In this document: positions 12,606-25,950 of the stretch, one piece after another
Numbering within the stretch: the stretch's first letter is position 1
Layout of the letters: each line of letters opens with the position of its first letter
From: Takakia lepidozioides
Lineage: Eukaryota > Plantae > Bryophyta
DNA length: 64,000 nucleotides
Assembly (NCBI GenBank): GCA_030704615.1
Contig: CM060734.1
Span: 26,040,001 to 26,104,000, forward strand
Reading direction: 5' to 3'
Translations under genes and position numbers: made by a program
Notes under the pieces: model-generated
The model's database searches: none
Seen by the model: the letters and a program-made list of their open reading frames with translations, nothing else
What the model was told of the DNA's origin: nothing

Positions 12606-15600
12606 ATGGATAGTGCAGGGAACTCGCTAACATCAGGACCTGAGGGGCGGAAGAGGAGGGTGGCCTACTTCTACGATCCTGAAGTGGGTAACTATTACTA
12701 TGGGCAGGGACACCCCATGAAGCCTCACCGCATACGGATGGCGCACTCTCTGCTGGTGCACTATGGAGTGCATCAGAAGATGGAGGTTCTGCGGCCTTAC
12801 CCTGCTCGGGATCGGGACCTCTGTCGCTTTCATGCTGATGATTATGTAGCCTTTTTACGGGCTGTAACTCCTGAGACACAGCACGAGCAGCTGCGAGCGC
12901 TGAAGCGCTTCAACGTTGGAGAAGATTGTCCCGTGTTTGATGGTCTCTACTCTTTCTGCCAGACGTATGCGGGGGGTTCGGTTGGGGGCGCCGTGAAGCT
13001 CAACCATGGGCACTCGGATATAGCTATCAACTGGGCTGGTGGGCTTCACCACGCCAAGAAGTGTGAGGCATCAGGGTTTTGCTATGTCAATGACATTGTG
13101 CTGGCTATCTTGGAGCTTCTCAAGTACCACCCGGTATGTATCCTGGCTGCGTGGTTATTTATGTCTCTCTTTCTCCTTCAGTTCTTCCAGAAATTCTCCT
13201 CTTATTCTGCTTCTAGTATTCTTCAGTTGCATTATCAATCAACTCAGAACTGTGTATTTGTGCTTAGGGGGGAGAGAGTGTGCACCCTGAATTTTTTCTT
13301 CCTCTCTCAGAAGCCAGTTAGATGTACTATGTCTTTTAGAAAAAGAACCCTTCCCTCTGGAATCCCTGCCAGCCCAGAGTGCAAATTAAATACAGATTGG
13401 GAGTTATACCATCAATACCTCTACTTCCAGCACAGTCTCACAACCTGCAAGAAATTTTCTGAGAGATGAACAAGCTATACAGTTTTAATACAAGCCAAGG
13501 TTGGAGCTATTCAGTGATGGCAGTGTCCATAGCAGAGGGTAATAGGGATGAGCGACTTCAGTTTAAAAGAGGGCAGTAATTGGAGGTTCGCCTTTGCTGG
13601 CCTCCTATTTCTCTATGCTATCTCAGGTGTGGACCAATTCTGTTCCATATTTGACATTTGAAGGAATATAAGAATTTTATGATGGAAGGGGTACAAAGAT
13701 GGATTTGGAGGGATGCCAGAACATATTGCAAATAATGAGTTATAATACTACTTTGTTTTTCCTCTGAAAGTACACGTGTGATAATTTTGAATGGTTGTAT
13801 TGGAGTTAAACTGTGAGAAATAACATGTATGTGTGCATGCAGCGGGTTCTCTACATTGACATTGACATACACCATGGTGATGGTGTTGAGGAGGCTTTCT
13901 ATACGACTGACCGGGTGATGACTGTCTCATTCCACAAGTTTGGCGACTATTTTCCTGGGACTGGGGACCTCAGGGACATTGGCCATGGAAAGGGCAAGTA
14001 CTACTCCCTGAATGTGCCATTGAACGATGGGATCGATGATGAGAGCTACCAATCACTCTTCAGACCCCTCATCTCCAAGGTTATGGAGGTGTTCCAACCA
14101 GGGGCTGTAGTTTTGCAATGCGGTGCTGACTCGCTTTCTGGAGACCGGCTTGGTTGTTTCAATCTCTCTGTGAAAGGGCATGCGGAGTGTGTGCGCTTCA
14201 TGCGATCCTTTAATTGCCCACTGCTGCTCGTAGGAGGTGGAGGCTACACCATTCGCAATGTGGCCCGGTGCTGGTGCTATGAGGTTTGCTTTAGTGAATG
14301 TCTGGGGCGGCAGGATAGAGAGCCCCTTTTTATATATATGATGTGACTTTGATCATTAGATACTTCTTTCCTAATTTATGTGACTCAAAAGGTTCGAGGT
14401 TGTTCTCTACCTCTACTTTTATAGTTAGGTAGTTCTTGAGGCCTACACCCCACCCCAGATGCCTACTGTTACAAAGCCCAAAATGTACTCCTCTTCAGTA
14501 CAGTTAAAGTGAGTGCCTCAAGCAAAGCTCCTACCTTGTATCTGCGTTATTGCTAAATTGGACCTCCTCTGTTGGCATTATCTCTGGCCATTTGTGATCA
14601 AATTATATTCTTGCCATGGGCTTGTGTCATGGTGAGGTCACCTGCCTCCATGGTAGTGGGTGGATCCAGGTATGGTATGAGTCAGCTGTTTTACATACAA
14701 TGAATGCAGTTGCTATCCTCGTCCACAGTCTGGAATGCTAAACATGGCAGCAGGCATTCTTGCAACTCTCTTTCTCCCATGCTATCCCTTACAAAGAAAA
14801 GCCTCATTGAAGGATTTCTGCTGTCCAGGATAGCATTGAGAGTCAATACCTTGAAAATAAGGGCTCTTAACCATCAGTTTTGTGATGTGGGCAGACTGGG
14901 GTGGCTGTGGGAGTGGAGCTTGAAGACAAGATGCCGTACAATGAGTACTATGAGTACTTTGGTCCTGATTATACTCTCCATGTCACTCCCAGCAACATGG
15001 AAAACCAGAATTCTCGTGGGTATCTTGATTCCATCAGGTGCACCCTCTATTCAATAATTTTCATGTTAGTGTCTAGAATGGTGATAAGAAATATTAGTGA
15101 CAAGTGTTGAGTTCAGTGGTGGCTTGTGTGTTGGGGTTCAGAGGTGCCTGCAGCCAAGTGGCCCCTAGTTGAAGGCAAGGGGGGAGTGATGAGGCTGAAT
15201 TTACAAACGAGATGTTCCAGCTTGTGAGCATCTGTGACTGTTCAGGAATTGGTCTAATTTCTGCTTGTTGTGAGCAGGGAGAGGCTCCTGGAGAACCTGT
15301 CCAAATTGCAGCATGTGCCAAGTGTGCCTTTCACTGAGCGACCCCCGGACACAGAGCTTCCTGAAGATGTAAGGGTCATGCCCTTTCAGAGTCAAACTAG
15401 TCCAATCCAAGGATGAAATAGCTTCGATAGAGTGTCTCTTGTATGTCAGAGTTTGAATCAATCGGCCTCAATGCAGGAGGATGAGGAGATGGAGGTTCGG
15501 GGAAAGGGGCGCGTGTGGGATGGTGAACTCTCTGACTCTGACTCTGAGGAGGGTGAGCACCGACGCCGCCACAATGATGTGAGCGCTAGCGAGGCTGCTT

Positions 15601-18047
15601 TTCCAAGGTCCCACATTTACCCTCTGTACCCTTTCTGTTTAGTTGGTTCCATGTGAGAAAGACGATTAGAGTCCCATAAGAGAACTTGCCAACGGCAGGG
15701 GATGCATCAAGACCGAGGATTCACTCCTCTCATGGAACAACTGCAGTCCTGCGTTTTGCATCTAGAGAAATTGTAGCATTGGAGCATTTGTGAGAGGGAT
15801 ACTAGCACACTTAAGCATGTTCAGGCATGTGAGTGATACTCTTTTCACTAGCACTTAACGTGAGCATAGTGCTGTTGGGTAGCGCTAAGGCAGTTGCAAC
15901 TGCTAGATTGTCGCCCTATGTTTTATCTGCCTCTTTTTCTTGTGGATAATGTCTGTGCTTGTGAGTATGTATCCCTGGAGGATCGCTACACTTTGGTTGA
16001 AAGACAGCAAAAAGATCTTAGCAGTTTTCATCCTTCTATTGCCTTTGAAAAGAACGTCCTTTCCTTGTGAGTGTGTTATACAACAAAAGATGAGGCTAAG
16101 CTACAGTTGGGTGTGGTGGTTGCAGGAGAGGGCCCCAGCTGACTCCAGTGAAGGTGAAGCAGGAGGAAGAGGCTGTGGAAGCTGCATCTGTGGTCAGGAC
16201 TCTTGAACCATTCAGAAGACTTGCATTAATTCTCTTAAACTCTTTCTTGGCAATTGCACCAGGATCAGCACAGGGACTGGAATGTCAACTATTCAATGAG
16301 CAGTAGAGGTAATATGTTTAACTCCATATGTTGGTTCGTGTGCTCCTCAGGATGAGGAAAGTGAATGCAAGGATGAGGTGGCAAAGGTTGCAGAGGCCCC
16401 ACAAGACATGAAAGAAGAGGTAAGGAAAAATTTGCTTACTTTGTCATCCAGCTGTATGACCAAGAATATACCTGAATGAGTAAATATTCTCAGAAGTCAA
16501 CTGGATTTTGTGGAATTCTTTCAATTATTTTTTTCCGAGTGAGCACTTTTAAGTAAATGTATGTTGTGTTATGTGACCTCCACATGTTAGCTGGAGGGTT
16601 TGTTATTTTCTTTTGGTGAGCCAAGCATTGTTCAATGACTTCAAGTAAACCAAGTCCACTGTAATCCATAATTAGTGTACGCTGATGTTAATATAAGCTT
16701 CTGTGGTTAGGTCATTCAAGATCTTACTGAAATACTGGCATAGAGATCACACAGTAGGAAATGTGTGTGTGTGTGTGAGAGAGAGAGATAGAATGTACTC
16801 ATAAGACGTTGTTTGGCGTAGCCTTGCGGCCATTGACCCCGCGCCCAGTTTGAGCGGAACACAAAGGGACAGAACCTACCTCTGTCAGGGGCTGACTTCG
16901 GTAGTAAGACTTACCTTGATATTGAACATTGATCCGGGTTTCCCAGATATCCTCTAGAAATCCCTTCACACAAGCATCAATCTGCTGTGTGGTTTGCCCA
17001 ATAACCTTTTTTTTCTTCTGGGTGCAGCACCGGGACTTCCCGGGACGTCACCCATCCCAGTACTATTCTGTCCCGAAGGCGCTTAATTTCAGAGTTCTGA
17101 TGGGATCTGGTGTAGTAGCCTTGGTATGACCGCACCACGAGAGAGAGATAGAAAGAGAGCGTGGCTCCCAAAGGGCTTCTCAGTTTGTTGCCACCCATGT
17201 GTTCTGCGCTTTCTTGACTATGCATCTTAACTCTGCTTTTGTTCTGGATGCACAGGCTAGTGAGATGGAGGTAGAGCAAGTTGTCAAGGTGGAGGTTGGG
17301 GAGACCACGACAGATACAGACATGAGAGATGCTCCTGGCGCAACCCCTACATCAGCTGCCATGTCAACAGTAACCTCCTCCACATCATTGAGAGAAAGTA
17401 ACTCTTCTACAGCTGTCATCACCCCAATGCCCCTCCTTTCACCCTCACAGACCATGATCACAGTGACCCTTCCAAAGCCAGCTACACAACATAGCTGGCC
17501 CCCACCTGCAGAGAGTCGAAGGCCCATGGATCGGGAAGCACCTGCTTCCAGCCCAGTACATTCGAATGCCACTAGTTCACCATCCACGGGGCCACCTAGC
17601 AGCTCAGGGTTGATTCAAGGGTCATCATTAGCAGGGTTAGCATCGTCTGCCACTTGGTCCTCCTCTGGAGTTGTTGGATCAGTGGCAGCAGGGAACCGCC
17701 CGGTGTTTACCCTGTCATCATCTCTCTATGGCCCGCCATCAGGTGGGCCTTTAGCAATGGGAAGAGCAGGCTCTGCAATACTGGCTCCAGCAACTGCTGG
17801 TGCAAGTGCATCTGCTGCTCCTGGAATCTTACCACGGCCAAGTGTGGTTCCCAATTTGCCTTCTGGGCGGCCAGGACCCTTAGTGTTTCCTGCTCGACCT
17901 GGATTGCCTTCGGCACCACGTTTTGCTATATCTGTTAGTCCAGTAAGTAACTCCGGAGATGCTCCCCAACCAGCTGTTGTAGGTCAAGCTAATGCCGATT
18001 TTTCAAACCACAATGTAACCACGCAAGGGGCACCCCGAACTCCCTGA
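12606..18047 (+). CDS. HDA19: Class I (RPD3) histone deacetylase, HDA19-like. Predicted exons 12606-13133, 13843-14283, 14895-15037, 15278-15368, 15477-15607, 16126-16192, 16351-16419, 17256-18047 (~753 aa)
   Basis: N-terminus [39 protein letters not shown]. Catalytic motifs [22 protein letters not shown] and GGGGY intact. All seven introns are GT-AG and keep the frame. Exons 6-8 are less certain. Confidence 0.93.
16794..17138 (-). mobile_element. 5S rRNA-headed retroposon (SINE3-like or 5S/LINE chimera) in HDAC intron 7
   Basis: Perfect 15-bp direct repeat gagagagagatagaa at 16779-16793 and 17139-17153. 119-nt 5S head followed by a ~225-nt body. Confidence 0.85.
17020..17138 (-). rRNA. Full-length 5S rRNA-derived sequence (dispersed copy, head of the retroposon)
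   Basis: GTGGTGCGGTCATACCAAGGCTACTACACCAGATCCCATCAGAACTCTGAAATTAAGCG...AGTACTGGGATGGGTGAC...GTGCTGCACCC. A- and C-box-like motifs present. No downstream T-run terminator. Confidence 0.93.
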
Positions 18048-19629
18048 CTTGGGGTGGGGAAAGAAAATATTCACTCTTGAGAGAAAATCCTTGGGTTTCT
18101 CAACTTGGTTTCCGGCTTTCGGGCCAGTTTTATGTTTGTGAACAGTGGGGAGAGGTAAGATGAAGCAGTGTGTATCATTGGAAGTTCAAAACTTGCCACA
18201 GTGATTAGCAACCAGTCAGCTCAGCTGCTTTATTGGTTAGTCAAACATGCATGTAAACCTAATGTGATTTGCAGAAACCAATGTGGAAGATTGGTCAATT
18301 GAAGGAGGTAGAGAGCCCTTGCAGGTCCAACATTTACAGGTCATAGAGGAAACCTTGGCGTACAGAAAATTCCTTCATTGACATAAAGATGAAGCGCAGC
18401 TTGCATGTGGTGATATTGCATCCGGTGATATTGTTTGATGTTCATCCTCCGAAAATGACCCCACCACAGGAAGCTCTTATTAGAGAGGTCGGGACTGATT
18501 CGGAAACTGGTAGGGACAGTGGGATGCCCGATCTGATCTACTGTCGAGTGATGACAAAATTGTCGAGGGTGACAAGATCCATTCAACAGCTTTGGCTGGC
18601 GGGCCGAATCTGTCAAGTCTGTGTTCGACCATTCTCCCGGTCCTCTCGTCTGCCCTGAATTCAAGACCCTAGTCAACACAAATTTTGCCTCGACACCGGT
18701 TCTTGGATAACAAGGACTTCCAGAATACCTACCAGCTGATCTCACAGGAACTAGGCCAGGTGCTACACTTTGAATGACGATGGAATTGTGTTGCCACTAG
18801 TGAGAGACGATGCCTCCTGTTCCTCTGGGAGCGCTTCGGAGCTTTAATTCGCATCCACTACTTTTGAAAGTACAAAAGAGAATGAAGAACTAGGCGTGCC
18901 CAAGGATTGCTCGGAGCTCAACCTGGCAGCATCTACCCCAGGTAGGCGGTGGACACGGAGAGAGAGAGAGAGAGAGAGACTTACGGACTACATCAGATTT
19001 CATCCATCTTCTACTTCCTTATGGATGAAACATGGACGAGATTCTGCATCCAACTGCAGCACAGGAATCTCGTTGGAACGAGTCGTGACTGTGACCGGAT
19101 GGGGGCAAGTGGAGGATAGGGCTTATCACATCCATGATCGCATATCACCCCCTTGATACACCATATCCGTGCACTGCCAGTGGTTACACGTTTGCATGTC
19201 ATCCATCTCCCTCGATGATTCATCCATCCATACAAAAAGGAGACGGGCACGGTAGATTAGCATTTTCCTCCAGTTATTTTTTTTCTGTGTTTTTAAGGAA
19301 AAGGGGACAGAGGCCCTTGTAAATCAGGTTAAAAAAACACGGCCAGGCGGGCGTACAAGAGGAAAAAATAACCTCCAGAGGGGTGCCATAGAGGCTGTCA
19401 CTGCTTCGTGTCCAAAGCAAGAGATAAGAAACAGAGGATCAGAACTGAATAGATCCTATCAGCAGCTGCCTGAAGCTACACTAATTAGCTCCGAGATTAT
19501 AGTAAGAAGGCAAAACAAATTTATCACAGAGGGATATCTGTTCATCAAGTTCATCCATCCATTTGATTTCCGGATTAATGAAACATAATGGGGCCAAATC
19601 TGTGAGCCTGTCCAAATTAGGCTTGGGTC

Positions 19630-20226
19630 AAGTGTTGGTCTGGTATCACGTTTAGGACATACCAGCCTATCGGTACGAGTACTGCAGGTCTCACAAAATA
19701 TTCATACCAATTTGGTATATATAATGGCAGATGCATTTTATCTAGATACTAGTGAGTACTGAATCAGCCTTTATGGCTCTTGTAAGGTTATTTTTTCCTT
19801 ACCATCTTGCTTCCTCCCCTGTTCATTTTTTAAAACAAAAATACTGAATATCATTATCACAATACCAGCTGGTCTCAGGTATCAACACTGGTATCATTCA
19901 GATACTAAATTTAATTAAATTCTATCAATTATCAAGTATCCAGCGAGAAAAATATTGTAAATTCCAGTATATATAATATACCTAAAATATATTTATAAAT
20001 ATTTGTACAATATTAATATTGAAAATAGAATATTCATATCAGAGCAAATGAAGAAGACTGTGGGAGAGTACTGGTATGGCGGCTGGTATATAAAAGTCTA
20101 TACCAGCCTGGTATGGTATCTCCCTGAATATAGCATGTTTACACATTAGACTAGAGTGGTCTTTACATACTAGTGCATATACCAGCGCTTGTACCAATCT
20201 TTTGCCTATATACCATACCAACACTG
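19630..20226. mobile_element. hAT-type MITE, older copy in opposite orientation to 20550-21020
   Basis: Termini aagtgttgg...ccaacactg with many ataccag/ctggtat subterminal motifs. TSD not recognisable. Confidence 0.65.
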
Positions 20227-20269
20227 GTCCTACATGTTATTTTTGTTTATTATTCTGAGCTGAGAGCGA

Positions 20270-20322
20270 TCACCAGGTAGCAGGATTCGAACCCGAATAT
20301 ATCTGGGTGGTAACACCGAGCT
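20270..20322 (-). mobile_element. Possible tRNA-derived SINE head fragment
   Basis: B-box GGTTCGAATCC on the minus strand (ggattcgaacc at ~20283). No complete cloverleaf. Confidence 0.3.
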
Positions 20323-20549
20323 TCCTATCATGTTAAGTTTTTTAGTATATTTATATTTATATTTTATTTGTTTGTTTATTTTTAAAGGTTTAGCCAATTA
20401 ATTTTATAATGAAAAACAGACCTCGAGAATTCAAAACCACAGGTGTGTATGTTGGATGTCACCTATTATGGCCAACTCAACCATTACATGGATCAACCGG
20501 TTACTTGAAGGTTGGGCAACCCCGGTGCCCGCCATTAGAAGGTGTCCAC

Positions 20550-21020
20550 CAGTGTTGGTCTGGCAACCCGAGTATCAACGTTGGTATCAACCCTGGTATC
20601 AGGGACCAGACCAGCTGGTCTAAGTTCTACAATACCATGTCATATACCAGACCAGGCTGGTATCCGTTTTCTCATACCAGCCACAATACCAGTACCCCCC
20701 CCTGTCTTCCTCATTTACTCTGGTATGTGTACTATACTAGTTATGTGTACATACATGCACTTATGTATATTTACTTTATGTTTATTGTATTTATTTTCAC
20801 TTGATATTTGACAAACTTGTAATTCAAATGGCTTTGGAATGATACCAGAATTGATATCTCATACCAGCTGGTATTGTGGTCATGATACTCATACTCATAC
20901 CAGTATCTGGGAAAAAATACATCCACCATTATATAGACCAGACTGGTATGAAAGTTTTGTGATGGGGCTGGTACGGGGACCATTCTGGTATGTCCTAAAC
21001 CTGATAGCAAACCAACACTG
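20550..21020. mobile_element. hAT-type MITE, 471 bp
   Basis: TIR cagtgttgg/ccaacactg, perfect 8-bp TSD gtgtccac (20542-20549, 21021-21028), repeated ataccag motifs. Confidence 0.9.
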
Positions 21021-23170
21021 GTGTCCACCTTCCAAATATAAGGTAGTAGCCCTTAGGGGTGAAGTGACACCATAAGTAATATTATTTGCTTCAGCAAGAG
21101 TCTTCCTTCCTTCTGCTAGCATACCCTATCTACACTAAAATATCATATGGTTTTTATTTCTATGTCAAGATTCATAACCATATACATGTTACAAGGCCTA
21201 TATGCGCTTAGTATTGGGCTCACAAGAGAGAAGACTTCGGCCAAAGCCAACTAATCTAGTCACTTCACATTTCAGCTAATGCCTCATTTCGGACGTGGGG
21301 GGCCCAACACTTATTTGTGCTCACGCCAACGTCGCTCACAGGTCACGTGCTCACGCGATACCAAGTTCCCTCCTGATGAGCAATCACTCTCCATGTTTCC
21401 ACTTTCTAATCATAATAATAATAGCCATTAACCCTTACTTTCCCAAGCGACCCGAATCGGGTCGCTCTGAATTTCCACTTCCACCTAATTTCATCGGATC
21501 TCCTCTGATGAAGCTTTTATGACAAAAGGACTTGTCTCCAATATGATGCAAAATGAAAAATGAAAAAAAAAAACAAAAAAACAAAAGCTACCACCTACAG
21601 GAAATATCTAAGATAACTATGTCAGATTTTGGCAGTGTAAAGGGCTTGTTGACTGCTGACGTGGCAGGTAAACAAGCCCAAATTATAAAATTAATAAAGT
21701 TAGTAAAATTTTAAAAAATATATCTAAAACTCACTTCACCTTGTGGTGTGTGAGCATTACATACACACATCCACCGCTGGGTTTTAGAAATGTCGTAGAA
21801 AAAAAAGTACTTCATTTGGAGGCACATTTTCCCTGTCAATTTTTAGACTTTAACCCCTATGTAATTACATACAAAGCAACCATAGTTAAGAAAATCAGTT
21901 AGACCTGCAATTTAGAGGGGGTGTAGCCATTCCACTATGGATTTGGAAATGGTGGGTCTTGGGGCAAGCAAAATTGGATAAAGCCAGGTATGATTTGGTC
22001 AAACCTATTTTTTCCCCACTTCTCCTTTGAGACCTGAAATTTGAGGTTCAGGCCAATGTTATAATCTCACAATTCCCACGGTGGAATTGGCTCATTTTTT
22101 GATATGTTGTGCATAAATGAGCTGGGCCCACTTCTATACGGCTGGAATCTATGGATGATTTTTGATAGGTTTCTGCGGGCAATTTACTGCAGCTGGGTAT
22201 CCAAAATTGTTAAAAACTCCTAAAAGGGCTTGGGAAATTAAGGGTTAACATACTACCTAAGTACAAATTGGAAACACACACAAGTGTCATGTCAGCCTAG
22301 ATTCATCCATGAGAATGAATCATATAAGTTCATGCATATCCCTCATTTCTACTAGCATACCAGAAATTTAAAATATTTCATCGTTTCTTTAAGAATATAA
22401 TAATAATTTTCTTAAAGACTAAATGGCATTTTCAAATGAACTAGCCTATTAGATCAACCGACCATGAGGACGATGGCTCTCGGCGCTCCGCGTTTCGCGG
22501 TGAGAGAGGATCCCAATGGTTGCTTCGTCTCTATGGCGAGGTTTCTCCCAGGCTGCTGGACGCTAGATGTTGTCCTTGCCTGGATTCTCAAGTGGTTTGC
22601 GTATAGCATAGAGTTAGAATGTTTTTTTCCTGTTCTCATATAACTGGTTTATGTGTGTTTTTCGCGCTTCTGCGTGATTTTTCGCTTCTCCTAATATCCA
22701 GAACGGTTCAGCCCAACTTTCCCTGTTTCATTCATCATTTCGTGCGTGCTATCGCCGCCTTCGTCTAATTACTTCGATCTGCCCCCCTCTCAGCAGCCGG
22801 CTATCATTTATGGAGAGACAAGCTATCCCTGTCGCTTTGATTCAAAGTGGTGCCACCTTTGTGCACTGGGTTCATTCCAGCTCAAGCTAGACGAAGTATC
22901 TCTCTCGTCTAGTTTATCGAGCTTCACTCCTCCCTTTCACTGCCCACTGCTCCTGTCTTCGTGTTCTAATTCTTGAATTCTGCTTCAGTTTCTAGACAAC
23001 GTGCATTTCTCCGTCACTATCAGCGATTTCTTCTCCAATCTCATCTCGGATCGAAGTTTGTTTTTTAGCTTCCCTGTTAATTCGACCCCCTCCGGCTTCC
23101 CCTCCGGTGCTTCCTGTTCTGGCTCTAACTACATCTGAGTGCTGAGTCTCTCTCCCTCTACCCGTCCCTC

Positions 23171-25515
23171 TTGCCTTCCTTCCAATGGGTCCCAGCTACA
23201 TGCCCCACCAGTGATCCAAATCCTCAGCTTGGCCCCGTCGCCACCAAGGTCAGCATAGCTCGCGGCTTCCTGGTGGGTCCCAGCCATCCTCAAGCTTCGG
23301 ATTCTTCATGGCCCCACCAGGCAAGATCCGCAGGAGCTCGGCAAACTTATAGGCCAAAGCAGCTCCCTCATCCCATGGTTCCGCCCCCTCCCCACGTCCT
23401 TCCCAAGGGGGTAGGGTCCTCATCCGTTCCGGTGCAATTCATCTCTACGCCAGAGCTGGAGGAAGTGGAGTTCAGCCCTGACCACCTCGAAGAGCAAGTA
23501 TCTATGAACAAGGATCTCCCCCTCGTCAAGTTGGACATCCCGGATTTGCACAGCAGAATCACAGGTATGGAAGAATCTGGCATCTTGCTACATTTCCCTG
23601 GTAGGAAGGTGTTGCGTTCTTACGTAAGAGATTGGGTGACTCGTTACTTCGGGGGGCACGGCGACCTTACGCATCACTTCTGCATAGCCAAAGGGCGTGG
23701 TTTCTTTTCTATCATGTTTGAATCTCTTGAAGCTGTTGATAAGGCCCTGCAATTCAATCCGCATCAAAGGGGATTTAACGTGAATATTTTCCCGTGGTCC
23801 TCCAAGCTCGGAAACAAAAACGACAAGTTGTGGGGTCCTAGAATTGTTTCCATTCCGTTTATACCGGATCAGTACCTGGTCAACCTGCCAGACATAGCCA
23901 ATCATTTTGGCTCTTACCTGGGCTGTCTAGGGGTCTTTGATCCCCTCATGAATACTAATACCCTTCGGAAAATCCCGGCGTGGAAATCTGCCACCATTGC
24001 TACCAAGATGAATGAAAACGGGTGCCCCAAAATGGTGCTCATGATGCCTTATGAGGCGGTTCTGCCAGATTATGTGCGTCTGCCAATTGACTTGGAAGGG
24101 AACTACTACACGATTAGGCTGATAGAGGATATCTCTTATTCAGCCTGCTTCGGCTGTGGCAAGCAAGGTCACATCAAAATTAACTGCCCCCTTTCCAAAA
24201 GGAAAAGATCCCCTAGTGTGTTGCAGAATGTCCACCCCTCCACCAATGATCAATTCAATTCGATCTCCTCAACCCCTACCCCGCCTCCCCCTCCCCCTGT
24301 CCCTCCATTTCCCTCCCTCTCGCTTCTGTCTCCTCCCCTTTCTCTATCATCAGATCTGCTCCAGTTTAGCCCGGTTCACATTGCAAAAAAACAAAAAGAT
24401 CCTACGGACCCAATGCATCTTGAGGCCAACTTCTCAATGCCGGTCCCTAATGGTGAGGAGATGCCCCCCCGCCCTGTCACTGTGCATGCAACTTGCCATG
24501 GGAGTCCTTCTCCTCCGGTTCAAGACACTGCAGGGTGTGATCCCCCCAAGCAGCTGGTGCCTTCAGCAATAGCAGGTAACCACGTGGTGGCAGTAGTGCT
24601 AAAGTCAATTAAATCCTTTCCAGACCTGGTGCTGCCGGGTTGCTCGATCGTATCTACCAATGATGCCCCCAAAGCCTCTTGCGTCACGCCCAATTATCTT
24701 CAAGATAGGTCCCCCGGCCTCAATCCTCATCACATCACAGGCACGATCTGGAGTCCCTTTGGATAACCAATCAGGATGTCTTGAGCTTTGTTGAAAAGAG
24801 TCCCCCCAACAGCAGCCCACAATGTATGCTTATGGCCAAAATCCAAGACTCCAATCATATGCCGTGCTATCTCATTGCTCCCTCCTCAGTCATTACCTGG
24901 GGGGCGTATGTTGAAGAGCACCCGTATTTGAACTGCAAGCCAAATACCAATGTGTTGGCTCTGATGGAGGATGCAGACATCTACCACACTCCCCCTAGTA
25001 AGTCCTGGTGGATCAGAGAGGACTGCTTGAACAGGCCATGGGGAAAGCAGCCGGCGCATATCAGGGCAAAAGATCTGCTTTCAAATGCTTTTTTCCTTCT
25101 TTCAAGGTTGATTGACCAGCGCATGGAGGAGGCTAACCACAGGGACGACCTGCAAAGAACAAGGGATCACCTCAGGGGGTTCCGTCCAAACCCCTCTGGG
25201 TCCTCTTCCTCAAGTGCTTCAATTGGTGTGCAGCCCCTGGCTGATGATGGAGTTGAGGTTGCTCCCGGGAACAATTACGCTCTGGCTCAACCCGGCGACT
25301 TCCTCGTCCAGCCTGCAGAGATTTCACACAGTGCAGCCTCTCATCTGCCCTCCATCCAGGAGGTCCAAGCTACAATCAGCTCGTTTTCTATCCCAGCAAC
25401 CACCCCGACCCCCCTTTCCCTCCTGCTGCTCTGCTGGAAATCAGCTCTCCACGCACTGAGGTACTTGCCCAGTCCCTTCCTTGTTTTCTGTTCCAGCTTG
25501 ACTCCACGGATATGA
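23171..25515 (+). pseudogene. L1 ORF1 (DUF4283/RRM-like region plus CCHC knuckle, Pro/Ser-rich tail)
   Basis: KGRGFFSIMFES...VNIFPWS and CFGCGKQGHIKINC. Position upstream of ORF2. Confidence 0.8.
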
Positions 25516-25950
25516 AACGTTGTTGGGTGCTTTGCTTGCGTCCTGATGCCTCTGCTAGGAAATCAGCAAGGAAAACATTGCCATCCATCAGTCTGCCACC
25601 AAAGACAGTCCTCTCGGACCTGCCTCTCCTCTCCGAACGGAATGAATCTCACATCATCACTTCCCAAAACCTTTTTTTTTTCCAGAACCTCCCCACAAAA
25701 CCCAGTATCCTTTGCAGGCCCCCCCATCCCCATCAAATCCAAACTCTCCCACTCTCTATTCCCCAGCCAACCCCTTCCTCTCTCCTAATGATTCGAATAC
25801 AACTTAGGCCCCTCTCCCCTCCCAGCCCTTACATCTGGGTGAACGGTCTCCTCCCTTACGACAAAAGGGTCAAATTCAATTGTCTCTCCCCGGGGCCATC
25901 AAATGAGATTGACCATCTCCGCCTTGCTTTTCATCCTCATGTTGATTGAC

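Noticed and set aside
13134-13469. C-terminal part of the 287-aa ORF as HDAC coding sequence
   Set aside because: Read-through into intron 1 (GT donor at 13134). Homology resumes at 13843.
17020-17138. Functional 5S rDNA locus or Cassandra TRIM
   Set aside because: Single copy with no T-run terminator, no paired LTRs, PBS or PPT, and flanked by a 15-bp TSD typical of target-primed retroposition.
18341-18745. 134-aa minus-strand ORF downstream of the HDAC
   Set aside because: No recognisable domain or splice structure, and a non-ATG start.
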